Source: an uncultured Rhodospirillaceae bacterium (GTDB lineage Bacteria > Pseudomonadota > Alphaproteobacteria > GCA-2731375). Taken from it: DNA of 64,000 bases. The DNA lies in assembly GCA_964590195.1 (NCBI GenBank), contig CAZPWJ010000011.1, positions 5,835-69,834 of the forward strand, in the 5' to 3' direction. Shown here in pieces: positions 8,225 to 17,897 of this stretch (position 1 is its first letter; every line of letters starts with the position of its first letter). The translations under genes were made by a program, and so were the position numbers. The notes below the pieces were generated by a model. The model searched no databases, was not told where the DNA came from, and saw only the letters and a program-made list of their open reading frames with translations.

Positions 8225-9889
8225 TCAGACCACTCGGGTCATTTTTCGATCATTGACCTGCCAGCCCAGGACATCCTTGATTGGCTTGCCGAACAAATAG
8301 CCCTGGCCGTAGCGGACGCCGATATCGACAAGAAAATCGGCCGAGGCTTCGGTCTCCACCATTTCGCCAACCGTATCGATGCCCAGATCAATGCAAAGGG
8401 AGGCAATGGCTCGTATGAAAGCTTTACCCTTGGTCGAGGTCTGCGCCTCCCGCACGTACATGCCATCGATCTTGACACAATCCACATCCAAGGCGCGCAG
8501 ATACTGGAAAGCGGATGAACCGGAGCCAAAATCATCAAGACAGACCGTATGTCCCAGTCGTCGCAGGGAGTTGAGGAATTTGCCGGTCGCTTCCAGATCA
8601 TGAATGGTCGAGGATTCTGTTATTTCAAACTGCAACCAGCTACGCGGCGGCGTGAAATGACTTAGCAATTGGATGAGTTTTTCCAGGAAGACCGGCGTTT
8701 CCAATGAGCGTCCGGAAATATTGACGGCTACGGACAATTCCCGGTTCTGCTTCTGAATTGATTCCAGGAAACGCATGACCCGGGCGCACATGGCAAGATC
8801 GAAATCGGCGATAATCCCGGCGTCCTCAGCAAATCTGATGAAGGAAAAAGGCGAATCTTCCGGGCCGCCCCCCTGCAATCGCACTAAAGCCTCGAAGTGA
8901 TCCACATCCCGGTTACGCAAATCGACGATGGGCTGGTAGAAAACCTCGAACTCGCCTTTGGCCACGGTGCTCTTGAACGCGAGAATCTTGCCGCGCGTTT
9001 CATCCAGCATGGTCTTATAACCTTGCTGCAGATCCTTTATGGTGAATTTGCCGCACTGCTCGGAAAATTTGTTGATCGAATACAACAATGCCTTGGCATC
9101 GTCGAAGTCGGACATTTCGTCGCCCGCCAGATCAATGGAAGCGGTATGTACCGTGATCCCTTCGCCGCTGGGATCGGCGGCTTCAGCCCGATTACTGATC
9201 ATCTGTTCCAGATCAAGCATGTCCGCGGCGGGGTCATGAACGACGCTGAACATGTCGTTATCAATATGCGACGCCGCCCCGCCCTCTATGGCGCGGGCCT
9301 GGATATAGCCATTGATGTCGGACATCAGGGCCGCCGCCTCGCGGTCCTCCATGCGGCCCAGCACGGCGTTCAAGCCTTCCAGATCCAGCATGGTCATGAC
9401 CGCCGGGCGGTCGCCGCTACGGGCCGATTCAATCGCCTCATGGGCAAGGCCGGCAAAGCTTTCCTTATCCAGCAATTCAGGGACGCCCACGCCGGTCAGT
9501 TCGCCCCGGTTCAGGGATAGAAACAGACCGCCGCCATTGATAGGTAAATACGTCCCGCGTATTTCAATATTAAAAATTTCGCCGGCGTCATGCCGTAAAC
9601 GCAGATGAAGGGGGCCGCAGCGCCCGTTCTTGACCGCCATCTTGCATCCGGTGGAGAGTATGTTGCGGTCTTCAGCGACGATCAATTCATCGAATTGACG
9701 CCCTACCAGCGCGCTACCGTCATGTCCGGTCAAGGCAGTGATCGCCCCCGTGGCATAGCGGATCTTTTGCTCGTTATTGAGTTCGACAAAGGCATCGGCG
9801 GCGGAAAAGGCAAACGCGACAAAGCGGTCGCGATCGCGACGGACTTCGCCTCCTGCTGTTTCAACCGCTGCCTTTTCGTTCAAACTCAT
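8225..9889 (-). CDS. EAL-domain c-di-GMP phosphodiesterase with N-terminal PAS-like and degenerate GGDEF-like regions
   Basis: 554 aa. EAL-domain signature blocks are all present: YQPIV...FEALVRL, NISGRS, EITES, DDFGSG, KIDG, GEMVETE, QGYLFGKP. No GG(D/E)EF motif was seen. Confidence 0.85.
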   Translation of the reverse strand: MSLNEKAAVETAGGEVRRDRDRFVAFAFSAADAFVELNNEQKIRYATGAITALTGHDGSALVGRQFDELIVAEDRNILSTGCKMAVKNGRCGPLHLRLRHDAGEIFNIEIRGTYLPINGGGLFLSLNRGELTGVGVPELLDKESFAGLAHEAIESARSGDRPAVMTMLDLEGLNAVLGRMEDREAAALMSDINGYIQARAIEGGAASHIDNDMFSVVHDPAADMLDLEQMISNRAEAADPSGEGITVHTASIDLAGDEMSDFDDAKALLYSINKFSEQCGKFTIKDLQQGYKTMLDETRGKILAFKSTVAKGEFEVFYQPIVDLRNRDVDHFEALVRLQGGGPEDSPFSFIRFAEDAGIIADFDLAMCARVMRFLESIQKQNRELSVAVNISGRSLETPVFLEKLIQLLSHFTPPRSWLQFEITESSTIHDLEATGKFLNSLRRLGHTVCLDDFGSGSSAFQYLRALDVDCVKIDGMYVREAQTSTKGKAFIRAIASLCIDLGIDTVGEMVETEASADFLVDIGVRYGQGYLFGKPIKDVLGWQVNDRKMTRVV

Positions 9890-10047
9890 AGCCCGCTCAT
9901 CACCCGCCCCCGGTCAGATAGAAATGCGAACAGCTAATATGTCCGCTAAAGATGAAGCTCGCATTAACGTGACGAAAATAAGATCTTATCCTCCTTTTGC
10001 GATAAAATACCCGCGCTCCGACCGACCATAGCCAAGACGAGCATACC

Positions 10048-11265
10048 TTGAGCATCCAGGCAGACCCCCTTTCTCAAGAACCCCCGCCCCCCAGCCGCCT
10101 GTCCCGTTGGCTGATGATCGCCGGGCGCCTATTGTGGCTGGAACTGATTGGCGCCTACGCGCTGCTCAGTCTTTATGTGCTCGTGCGCCGTCTTGGGGGC
10201 AGTGAAGGGGGCAATCCAGGTGCTGATTTTATCATTTATTATGCCGCGTCCCTGCTCACCCTGGCAGGTGATCCAAGTGCCATATTCTCCTGGCCGGAGC
10301 TGCGGCAGGCGCAAGCCAGCGTGATCAGCGGCCCTGTCGACTATCTGCCATGGCTTTATCCACCGCCCTTGCTTCTAGCCGCGGCGCCGCTTGCCAGCCT
10401 GCCCTATATACCGGCGTTCTTTGTCTGGGTACTGGCGCAGCTGGCCCTGCTAGCGGCCGCTGTCCGGGGCCTGGGCCAGGTGCCTTTGGCCATTTTGGCC
10501 GCATTAGTCTTCCCCGCGACCGTGAACAATATACTGGCTGGCCAGAATGGCGCGCTGAGCGCCGCCATATTGGGCGGCGGCCTGAGCATCCAAAAGCGCC
10601 ATCCCATCGCCGCCGGCCTAGTGTTCGGTCTCTTGGTCTACAAACCTCATTTGGCGATCATGCTGCCCTTTGCCTTGCTGGCCATGGGTGCTTGGCGGAC
10701 GATCGCCGCCGCGCTGGCCAGTGCCGCCGGCGTCTCGGTTTTGAGTCTTGCGGTTTTTGGCGGCAAGCCATGGGCGGAGTTTTTCACCGTCATGGCTGCG
10801 GGCAGTAATGCGCTGGAGTCCGGCAGCGCCCATTGGCCCAAGATGGCAACGGTCTTTACCGCCCTGCGTCTGGCCGGCGCAGAGGTGCCATTTGCTTATG
10901 CCGGCCAGGCCCTATCAACATTTCTGGCCATTCTGGCGGTGGTTTTTGTTTGGCGCCGGGGCGCCTCCGTGCCTTTGCGTGCCTCGGCCTTGATTTTCGC
11001 GACTTTTCTAGCCACGCCCTATGCCTTTTTCTATGACCTTGTGGTGCTGATATTCGCCATTCTGTGGCTTGGCCGCGCACCGGATGGTGTGGCGCCAAGC
11101 ACCGGCGGCCGGGCGATATTGGCTCTATTGTGGCTGGCCCCGGTCGCCCTATGGCTGTTGGCCCGTTATAGCCAGATCTCGCTGTGGCCCCTGTTGTTGG
11201 CGGCATGCCTGCTTTGGGTGCTTCAAAAAGCCCGGGAGGAGAGGTATTCTCCGCCGCAAGCGTAA
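10048..11265 (+). CDS. polytopic membrane protein, GT87/DUF2029-like glycosyltransferase family
   Basis: 405 aa with many TM helices. The layout and the YPPP loop resemble DUF2029 mannosyltransferase-like proteins. The non-ATG start comes from the ORF track. Confidence 0.65.
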   Translation: MSIQADPLSQEPPPPSRLSRWLMIAGRLLWLELIGAYALLSLYVLVRRLGGSEGGNPGADFIIYYAASLLTLAGDPSAIFSWPELRQAQASVISGPVDYLPWLYPPPLLLAAAPLASLPYIPAFFVWVLAQLALLAAAVRGLGQVPLAILAALVFPATVNNILAGQNGALSAAILGGGLSIQKRHPIAAGLVFGLLVYKPHLAIMLPFALLAMGAWRTIAAALASAAGVSVLSLAVFGGKPWAEFFTVMAAGSNALESGSAHWPKMATVFTALRLAGAEVPFAYAGQALSTFLAILAVVFVWRRGASVPLRASALIFATFLATPYAFFYDLVVLIFAILWLGRAPDGVAPSTGGRAILALLWLAPVALWLLARYSQISLWPLLLAACLLWVLQKAREERYSPPQA

Positions 11266-11300
11266 GTATACGCACAGTTTCAGTTTAGGGATGCCAGCAC

Positions 11301-12839
11301 ATGGATATTCGCGGCTTGATGCGCCGGGCGGTCAGTTTCAATAGCAAGCGGGAGGCCATTGTTCATGGTCAGCGTCGCCTGACCTTCGCGCAGTCCTGGC
11401 AGCGCGGCCTGCGGCTTGCCAATGCCTTGCTCGACATGGGTCTGAAGCCGGGCGACCGGGTCGGATCGCTGGAAGATAACGGCATCCCGGCGGTGGATTT
11501 TTTCCTTGCCGCCACCATCGCCAATCTGGTCCGCGTACCCCTTTACCCGCGCAACAGCGCGGAAACCCATGGCCATATGCTGGGCCATACGGGCTGCCGT
11601 GCGGTCATTGCCTCAAGCGAATATGTGGGCGAGTTGGATGGCTTACTGGAGGCATTGCCGAAGCTGGAAAAAATCATTTCGCGTGACGATGGCTATGAAG
11701 ATTGGCTGGCCGGGTTTCCCGACGATGATCCAAATGTGCCGGTGGCACCGGACGATTATTTTATCGTCCGTCATACGGGCGGCACCACCGGGTTGCCCAA
11801 GGGCGTGGCCTACACCCACCGTGCCTGGCTGGCGGCGGGACGGGATTGGACCTATTTGTTTCCGCCGATCGAGCCTGGTGACAAATGCCTGCACATTGCA
11901 CCGATCAGCCATGGTTCGGGATATTTATTCGTCCCCATGTGGCTAAATGGCGCTTGCAACGTCCTGCTTGATCACTTTGACGCCGCCGACGCCCTTGCCT
12001 GCATCGAGGCTGAGCCGATCCAATACCTCTTTGTCGTGCCGGCCATGCTGAACCTGATGAACCGCGATCCAAAAGCACGCAGCCGGGATTTCTCCAAGCT
12101 GAAATGCATGCAGGTTGGCGCCGCTCCTATTGCCGACGATACCGCACTGACGGCGCGGGAGATTTTCGGCGATACCCTGTGGCAGGGTTATGGACAGACC
12201 GAGGCCGTGCCGGTCACCATGATGGGGCCGCGGCAATGGTTCGCCGAGATCGAGGGCTCGGAGCCCTTGCGCTCCTGCGGCCTGGTTCTGCCCTTCGCCG
12301 ATGTGGAAATCTGGGACGAAAACAACGAACCCCTGCCCCAGGGCGAAGAGGGCGAGATCGCCCTGCGCTGCGATGGTCAGATGGCCGGCTTTTGGGAAGA
12401 CCCCGAGGCCACGGCGGAACGCATGGTGGACGACTGGGTGTTGACCGGCGATATCGGCATGATCGACCGCGCCGGTTATCTCTATCTGTTGGACCGGGCC
12501 GGCGACATGATCGTCTCGGGCGGCTACAACATCTACCCGGCGGAACTGGAAAACGTACTGTGCGACCATGGCGATATCGTCGAGGCAGCGGTCTTCGCGG
12601 TGCCTGACGAGCGCTGGGGCGAGAGCCCCATGGCTGTCTGTATGGTCAACGAGGGGGCCGCGGTCACGGCGGAAGAATTGATTGCCTTCTGCGCCGAACG
12701 CCTGGGCTCTTACAAACGGCCCAAATCAGTGCTCCTGACCAGCGAGCCGCTCCCCAAAAGCGCGGTCGGAAAAATTCAGCGCAAAGTACTGCGCGAGCCG
12801 TACTGGGAAGGTCATGAGCGGCGGATTTCAGGCAATTAG
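11301..12839 (+). CDS. AMP-dependent synthetase/ligase (acyl-CoA synthetase family)
   Basis: 512 aa. Adenylate-forming motifs HTGGTTGLPKG, GYGQTE, TGD...GYLYLLDRAGDMI, and a C-terminal GKIQR. Confidence 0.9.
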   Translation: MDIRGLMRRAVSFNSKREAIVHGQRRLTFAQSWQRGLRLANALLDMGLKPGDRVGSLEDNGIPAVDFFLAATIANLVRVPLYPRNSAETHGHMLGHTGCRAVIASSEYVGELDGLLEALPKLEKIISRDDGYEDWLAGFPDDDPNVPVAPDDYFIVRHTGGTTGLPKGVAYTHRAWLAAGRDWTYLFPPIEPGDKCLHIAPISHGSGYLFVPMWLNGACNVLLDHFDAADALACIEAEPIQYLFVVPAMLNLMNRDPKARSRDFSKLKCMQVGAAPIADDTALTAREIFGDTLWQGYGQTEAVPVTMMGPRQWFAEIEGSEPLRSCGLVLPFADVEIWDENNEPLPQGEEGEIALRCDGQMAGFWEDPEATAERMVDDWVLTGDIGMIDRAGYLYLLDRAGDMIVSGGYNIYPAELENVLCDHGDIVEAAVFAVPDERWGESPMAVCMVNEGAAVTAEELIAFCAERLGSYKRPKSVLLTSEPLPKSAVGKIQRKVLREPYWEGHERRISGN

Positions 12840-12852
12840 GCGCTGAATCAAT

Positions 12853-12890
12853 GGGCCGGCCAGCGAGGTTTCCCTCAATGCGGCCGGCCC
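12853..12890 (+). terminator. GC-rich hairpin downstream of the acyl-CoA synthetase gene (possible terminator, no U-tract)
   Basis: GGGCCGGCC (12853-12861) pairs perfectly with GGCCGGCCC (12882-12890) around a 20-nt loop. It starts 14 nt after the stop codon. Confidence 0.4.
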
Positions 12891-13091
12891 GTTAATGCCA
12901 CGAACTCGGTATTTTCGAAACTTATCCGGTCTTTTGAAACTTCGGTTAGGTCATTAGATGCCACATATAAGCCAAACCACCGACCGAGATAAGCCAGCCC
13001 AACGCAACCAGGAAGAAAGCGGGCTGTGAATGCGTTACCGATGACGTTACTTGCTGATCCATCACTGAATTTACCATTTTACTGATCCCAA

Positions 13092-13189
13092 CAATTTACT
13101 GCCGGCCAACCACTTGGCGACATAGACAACCGTAACGTCCACCAATTTATCCTGCATGTTTCATGCCAACCGCCTGGCGATTAGATAAT
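13092..13189. repeat. degenerate ~60-bp tandem duplication in the AT-rich spacer
   Basis: GCCAACCACTTGGCGA (13105-13120) recurs as GCCAACCGCCTGGCGA (13165-13180), exactly 60 nt apart. The copies are preceded by CAATTTAC / CAATTTAT. Confidence 0.45.
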
Positions 13190-13415
13190 GGCTGTTAACT
13201 GCCATTCTAATGCTAGATCGCATCCTTTTCCGTCCCAAATCAGGACAACACGACATTGCACACCGTGCCAATCCTGGAAACCGGCACGCTCTGGCCTCGG
13301 ATTTATCCGTTATCCGGCAACGTTTTGGTAATAGTCGCTAATCTGTTTGAAAGAATTAGCAAGATATGCTGCCAACGCTAAAGGTAACAAAGACGAATAA
13401 TGCAAGATCAACAGC

Positions 13416-14822
13416 GTGACCGTATTAACTAAAATGAACCGCCTTTCCGAAACCATGATACCGCCGCGCCTGCTGTTGGACGAGCGCAGTGGGCGACTCT
13501 ACGGCTGGTTCGTCTCCTGCCATCTGTTGATTGGACTGCTGGCCCTCGCTTTGTCCGGCTGGGTGTATCAGGCCGCGAACCAGATAACGCCGGCTTATTG
13601 GCTGTTCCTGGCATTGACCACCTGTCTCATAGCGCAACCGGTTTTGTTCCGGTTAAGCGGCGCCTACAATCTGTTATCGACCATTTCCATCGTGATCCTG
13701 AACGCCATGATCGGGGTGGCGGCCTATAATTATGGCGGCTATCTGTCGCCGGTCTTGCCGGTATCGATTGCCATTCCATTATTTTGCCTGTTTTTTCTGA
13801 ATGGGCTGGGTCAGGTCGTGGGTCTGGGGACTCTGGCCATATGCTACGGCGGCCTCATCGTCCTGTACGTGGACGGTCATGCCTTTCCGCAATATTTGCC
13901 GGCGGAACAACTATCGGGCCTGTTTCTGGCCGGGATCATCGTTGCCACCGTGTTCGTCACGGCCTTGGCGCGGGGCTATCTGGACCTGTACGCCCTGTCG
14001 CGGGATACCCTTCGCCGCGAGGTAGAGCGCCATCGTGATACCGCCGACAACCTGATCAAGGCCCGCACCCTTATCGAAAACGGCACCAAATCGAAGGGGC
14101 AAAGCATTGCCGCCGTTTGCGACGAAATCCGCATGCCCCTCAACGCTATTATCGGCTTTGCACAAATCATAAGCCGCGAATTGATGGGACAATTGTCCGA
14201 CGAGCGATATCGTTCCTGCGCTTCCGACATAGAGAGCAGCGGCCGCCATCTATTGGGTATTATCGATGAAGTTCTCGATCTGGTGCGGGTGGAAACCGGC
14301 GATCTGGAGCTGATCGAAGGCGATTTTGAAATGTCGGCTCTGGTTGCCAAATGCGGCGAAACCGTCACCGGCCTGGCCCAGGCCCGCAATGTCGCCATGG
14401 CTTGCGATTTACCTACTGGCGGTATGATGATCCGGGCTGACCAGAGCCGCGTACGTCAGGTCATTATTGCGTTATTGTCAAATTGCACTGCCTTGGTCGG
14501 CGGCGGCGGGCGGGTTGAAATTCAACTTTCCGCGACCGCCGCAAACGAAGCCATGCTATTGATCCGCGCAACGGGCGCCACCGTTTCGCCGGAACGCCTG
14601 GCTCTGGCGCTGGAGCCTTTCGACGGCGTCCCGCCCGGCCATGGCGCCGAGCGGCTGGGTATCGGCTATGGCTTGCCCATTGCCCGCCGTCTGGTCGAAT
14701 TGCATGGCGGCAAATTGCAATTCGGCGGCCCCAAACCGGATGAGGCGCATATAATCATGACCCTGCCCGCCAACCGGTTGCGGCACGAACAGGACGCGGC
14801 TGGAATTGAGGGCCGGGCCTAA
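13416..14822 (+). CDS. membrane histidine-kinase-like protein with degenerate H-box and G1 box (pseudokinase candidate)
   Basis: 468 aa. About 6 N-terminal TM helices. The HisKA-like block reads AAVCDEIRMPLNAIIGF (Asp where His is expected). The HATPase_c-like part has N-box LLSNC and G2-like GIGYGL, but the G1 region reads RATGATV. The start could instead be ATG 13434. Confidence 0.8.
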   Translation: MTVLTKMNRLSETMIPPRLLLDERSGRLYGWFVSCHLLIGLLALALSGWVYQAANQITPAYWLFLALTTCLIAQPVLFRLSGAYNLLSTISIVILNAMIGVAAYNYGGYLSPVLPVSIAIPLFCLFFLNGLGQVVGLGTLAICYGGLIVLYVDGHAFPQYLPAEQLSGLFLAGIIVATVFVTALARGYLDLYALSRDTLRREVERHRDTADNLIKARTLIENGTKSKGQSIAAVCDEIRMPLNAIIGFAQIISRELMGQLSDERYRSCASDIESSGRHLLGIIDEVLDLVRVETGDLELIEGDFEMSALVAKCGETVTGLAQARNVAMACDLPTGGMMIRADQSRVRQVIIALLSNCTALVGGGGRVEIQLSATAANEAMLLIRATGATVSPERLALALEPFDGVPPGHGAERLGIGYGLPIARRLVELHGGKLQFGGPKPDEAHIIMTLPANRLRHEQDAAGIEGRA

Positions 14823-14881
14823 ATTTTCTGCGCCACGATATTTCCTCCGCTATGATTGCGGCCGGTTATTGGGATGACGCC

Positions 14882-16582
14882 ATGAAGAAAACCGCCCTTG
14901 CAGCTATTCTCGCCACAACCGTCGCGCTGACGCCCTGGCAGGCCGTCGAGAGCGCCGAAGCCGGCGATTTCCTGCATGGCCAAAGACTTTATTCCCTGGG
15001 CGACTATGGCGGGGCGCTGCAAATCTGGCAGGCGTTGGCGCAACAGGGCGACGCCAGGGCGCAATACAGCATGGCGATCCTTTATTTGCGGGGCCGGGGA
15101 GTTCCGAAAAACAAGGAAAAAGCCATGCGATGGGCCAGTCGGGCCGCGGAGCAGGGCTATAAACCTGGCCGGAAATTGCTACAAAAATTGCAAAAACCCA
15201 AAGCCAAGGTGGAAGCCGCGGCCAAGCCACGGCAGCGCAAGGCCCGAAGCCAGATGACGGAACTGGAACGCATCGAAGCCTCGGCCGAGGATTGGCTGCT
15301 GCGCATCGAAGACAAGATCGCCAAGAACGGCCGCCTGGAATACGGCGAGTTGCATGCGGTACGGCTGGACGGCGCCGTGCAGATAACGATCCCCGATCTC
15401 GTCATCCATGGCGATGACGGAGGCTTGCTCGAAATCGGTACGGTGCGCGCCGAAATACGCCAAGGCGATGAACGTTTTGATGATATCACCCTGGCCCTGC
15501 CGGACGAGATGCGCTTTCGCCAGCAAGACGGAAGCGAGGGACGCATAACCATCGCCAAGCGCCATGCCAAACTACGCTGGGACCGGCAATTGGAAATCAG
15601 CACGGATTTTGAATTCCGCCTCGGCGAACTGCGGATTTTGAATGCCGAGAGTGGCGAGAGAGGCAGTATTGGCGAGATTTTGGCGCTTTCGAACGTGCGC
15701 GAGGATAACGGCCTTTGGACCGGGCCCATGCGGCTCGCCATAAGCCAAATGAGGATCAGCGACGGCAAGGCATCCGCCCTGCTGTTGGACAAGGCCACGA
15801 TTGAGCTGGATCTGCGCGGCCTGGATATCCCTGCTTATAACGACAGCCTGCTCCAGACCGGATCGGACAGCGACGGGATGCCGCCGCTGAAACAGATATT
15901 GACCTTGGCCAGCGGCGTCGGTTTACACGCCAGTATCGAAGGTCTGGCCGTACGACATCCCGATCAAGGCGATTTCCGCTTGGATCAGGCTGACTACGGT
16001 CTGGATCTGTCCAGTCCGGATGGCAAGCTATTGAACCTCGCCCTGACCGCCAGCCATCATGGCCTTAGCGGCACGGGCAGCGCGGCACCTGAAGCCATGG
16101 TGCCAAGGGAACTGGATATCGCCCTGGCCCTAGAAAACGTTCCCAGTGAAACGATCGTCAACGTCGGTGTGGCGGCGGCCGTCGAAGTGGCCTTATTGGG
16201 AAAGGTAAGCTCCGGCCCGCAAGTGTTTAAGCGCCTGCGGCAGGACCTGAGCGCGGCGGCAACGGTGCTGCACCTGAAGCGGACGAAAATTTCGGCCAAG
16301 GATTACGACATCAACATGGATCTGAGCTTGCAGGCGGACGGAACGGCCAAGGCTGGCTTGGTTGGCAACGGTGAGTTGCGTATCAAGGGCCTGGACAAGC
16401 TGCTCGCGACAACGGGGGGGCGCGACCTACCGCCGCTCGCGGATTTGGTTAAAAAGGGCAAACGTTTGCAGGGGCGCAGGGGACATCTGTTCGCTCTTGC
16501 CATCCGCCCCGATGGATTCCTGGCCGTGAACGGAGATCCCGTGCTGTCCCTGGCGCCTTTTGACGATACAGCCAAGCAATAG
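14882..16582 (+). CDS. secreted Sel1-repeat protein with large uncharacterised C-terminal region
   Basis: I started at ATG 14882 (MKKTALAAILATTVALTPWQAVESAEA signal peptide). Sel1-like repeats are present (GDARAQYSMAILYLRGRGVPKNKEKAMRWASRAAEQGY). The remaining ~420 aa have no motif I recognise. Confidence 0.7.
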   Translation: MKKTALAAILATTVALTPWQAVESAEAGDFLHGQRLYSLGDYGGALQIWQALAQQGDARAQYSMAILYLRGRGVPKNKEKAMRWASRAAEQGYKPGRKLLQKLQKPKAKVEAAAKPRQRKARSQMTELERIEASAEDWLLRIEDKIAKNGRLEYGELHAVRLDGAVQITIPDLVIHGDDGGLLEIGTVRAEIRQGDERFDDITLALPDEMRFRQQDGSEGRITIAKRHAKLRWDRQLEISTDFEFRLGELRILNAESGERGSIGEILALSNVREDNGLWTGPMRLAISQMRISDGKASALLLDKATIELDLRGLDIPAYNDSLLQTGSDSDGMPPLKQILTLASGVGLHASIEGLAVRHPDQGDFRLDQADYGLDLSSPDGKLLNLALTASHHGLSGTGSAAPEAMVPRELDIALALENVPSETIVNVGVAAAVEVALLGKVSSGPQVFKRLRQDLSAAATVLHLKRTKISAKDYDINMDLSLQADGTAKAGLVGNGELRIKGLDKLLATTGGRDLPPLADLVKKGKRLQGRRGHLFALAIRPDGFLAVNGDPVLSLAPFDDTAKQ

Positions 16583-16598
16583 GTAACATTAGCCGGTA

Positions 16599-17897
16599 AT
16601 GGAACATCTCTCCCGCGATATCGCCACTTTGTTGGGCCTGGCAGCCCTGTTCGGCTATCTCAACCACCGCTTCCTGCGCCTGCCCCGCACCATTGGCCTG
16701 GTTCTGATCGCCATGGCCGCCTCGTTGGGTGCCTTGGCCATTGATGCCGCAGTGCCGGGCTGGGGCGTGGGGCCGGGGCTGCGCGCGGCCTTGATCGAAA
16801 TCGATTTCACCGCTGCCCTGATGCACGGCATGCTGGGTTTTCTGTTATTCGCGGGCGCCCTGCATGTGGACCTGGCACAACTGGCCAAGCGGCGCTGGCC
16901 CATCGCGGCCATGGCCACAGGCGGCCTGCTGCTGTCCACCGCCCTGATCGGCGGCGGTATATGGCTGGCCTTTGATCTGGTCGGCCTGCCCCTGCCATTT
17001 ATCTATTGCCTGCTGTTCGGCGCGCTGATTTCACCGACCGATCCGGTGGCGGTGCTGGGCATCCTGAAGACCGCCAAGGTGCCGGCCAGTCTGGAGGCCA
17101 AAATCGCCGGTGAAAGCCTGTTCAATGACGGCGTCGGCGTCGTGGTCTTCGTCATCCTGTTGGCCATGGCGACATCAGGCGCTGGCGGCGGTGGAGACGG
17201 CCATGGCGCTTCCATGGATGCCATGGGCATAGCGCTATTGTTCCTGCAAGAAGCGGTTGGCGGCGCGGTCCTGGGCCTGGCGGCGGGCGCCATCGCATTT
17301 TGGGCCCTGCGCTCCATCGACGAGTACAACCTGGAAGTCATCATCACCCTGGCTCTGGTCACCGTCACCTACGAGGTGGCGTTCCTGCTGCACACCTCTG
17401 GCCCCATCGCCGTCGTGGTGGCCGGGCTGTTGATTGGCAACCATGGCACCCGCCTGGCCATGAGCGAGACCACGCGCGGCCATCTGACCAATTTCTGGAC
17501 CTTGATCGATGAGATCCTGAATGCGGTGCTGTTCCTGCTGATTGGGCTGGAGGTCGTGGTGATCTCCACCGCGCCGGGCCTGATGTGGGTCGCCTTGATC
17601 GCCATTCCTCTGGTTCTAAGCGCACGTTTCGTTGCCGTTGCCATTCCCATAGGGCTGCTGGGTCTGTGGCGCGATTTTACCAAAGGGGCGATCCCGGTGC
17701 TGACCTGGGGCGGTTTGCGCGGCGGCATCTCGGTCGCCTTGGCCCTGTCGCTGCCGGCGGGCGCTGAAAAAGACGCCATCGTCACGGTCTGTTACGCGGT
17801 GGTGGTGTTTTCAATTCTGGTACAGGGTTTGACGATCGGCCGTCTGGTCGCCTGGGTTGTGCCAAGTCAGAGTACGGAGACGGAACGACATGACTGA
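16599..17897 (+). CDS. cation:proton antiporter (CPA1 Na+/H+ exchanger family)
   Basis: 432 aa, polytopic. [14 protein letters not shown] and [11 protein letters not shown] are typical Na+/H+ exchanger blocks. Confidence 0.85.
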   Translation: MEHLSRDIATLLGLAALFGYLNHRFLRLPRTIGLVLIAMAASLGALAIDAAVPGWGVGPGLRAALIEIDFTAALMHGMLGFLLFAGALHVDLAQLAKRRWPIAAMATGGLLLSTALIGGGIWLAFDLVGLPLPFIYCLLFGALISPTDPVAVLGILKTAKVPASLEAKIAGESLFNDGVGVVVFVILLAMATSGAGGGGDGHGASMDAMGIALLFLQEAVGGAVLGLAAGAIAFWALRSIDEYNLEVIITLALVTVTYEVAFLLHTSGPIAVVVAGLLIGNHGTRLAMSETTRGHLTNFWTLIDEILNAVLFLLIGLEVVVISTAPGLMWVALIAIPLVLSARFVAVAIPIGLLGLWRDFTKGAIPVLTWGGLRGGISVALALSLPAGAEKDAIVTVCYAVVVFSILVQGLTIGRLVAWVVPSQSTETERHD

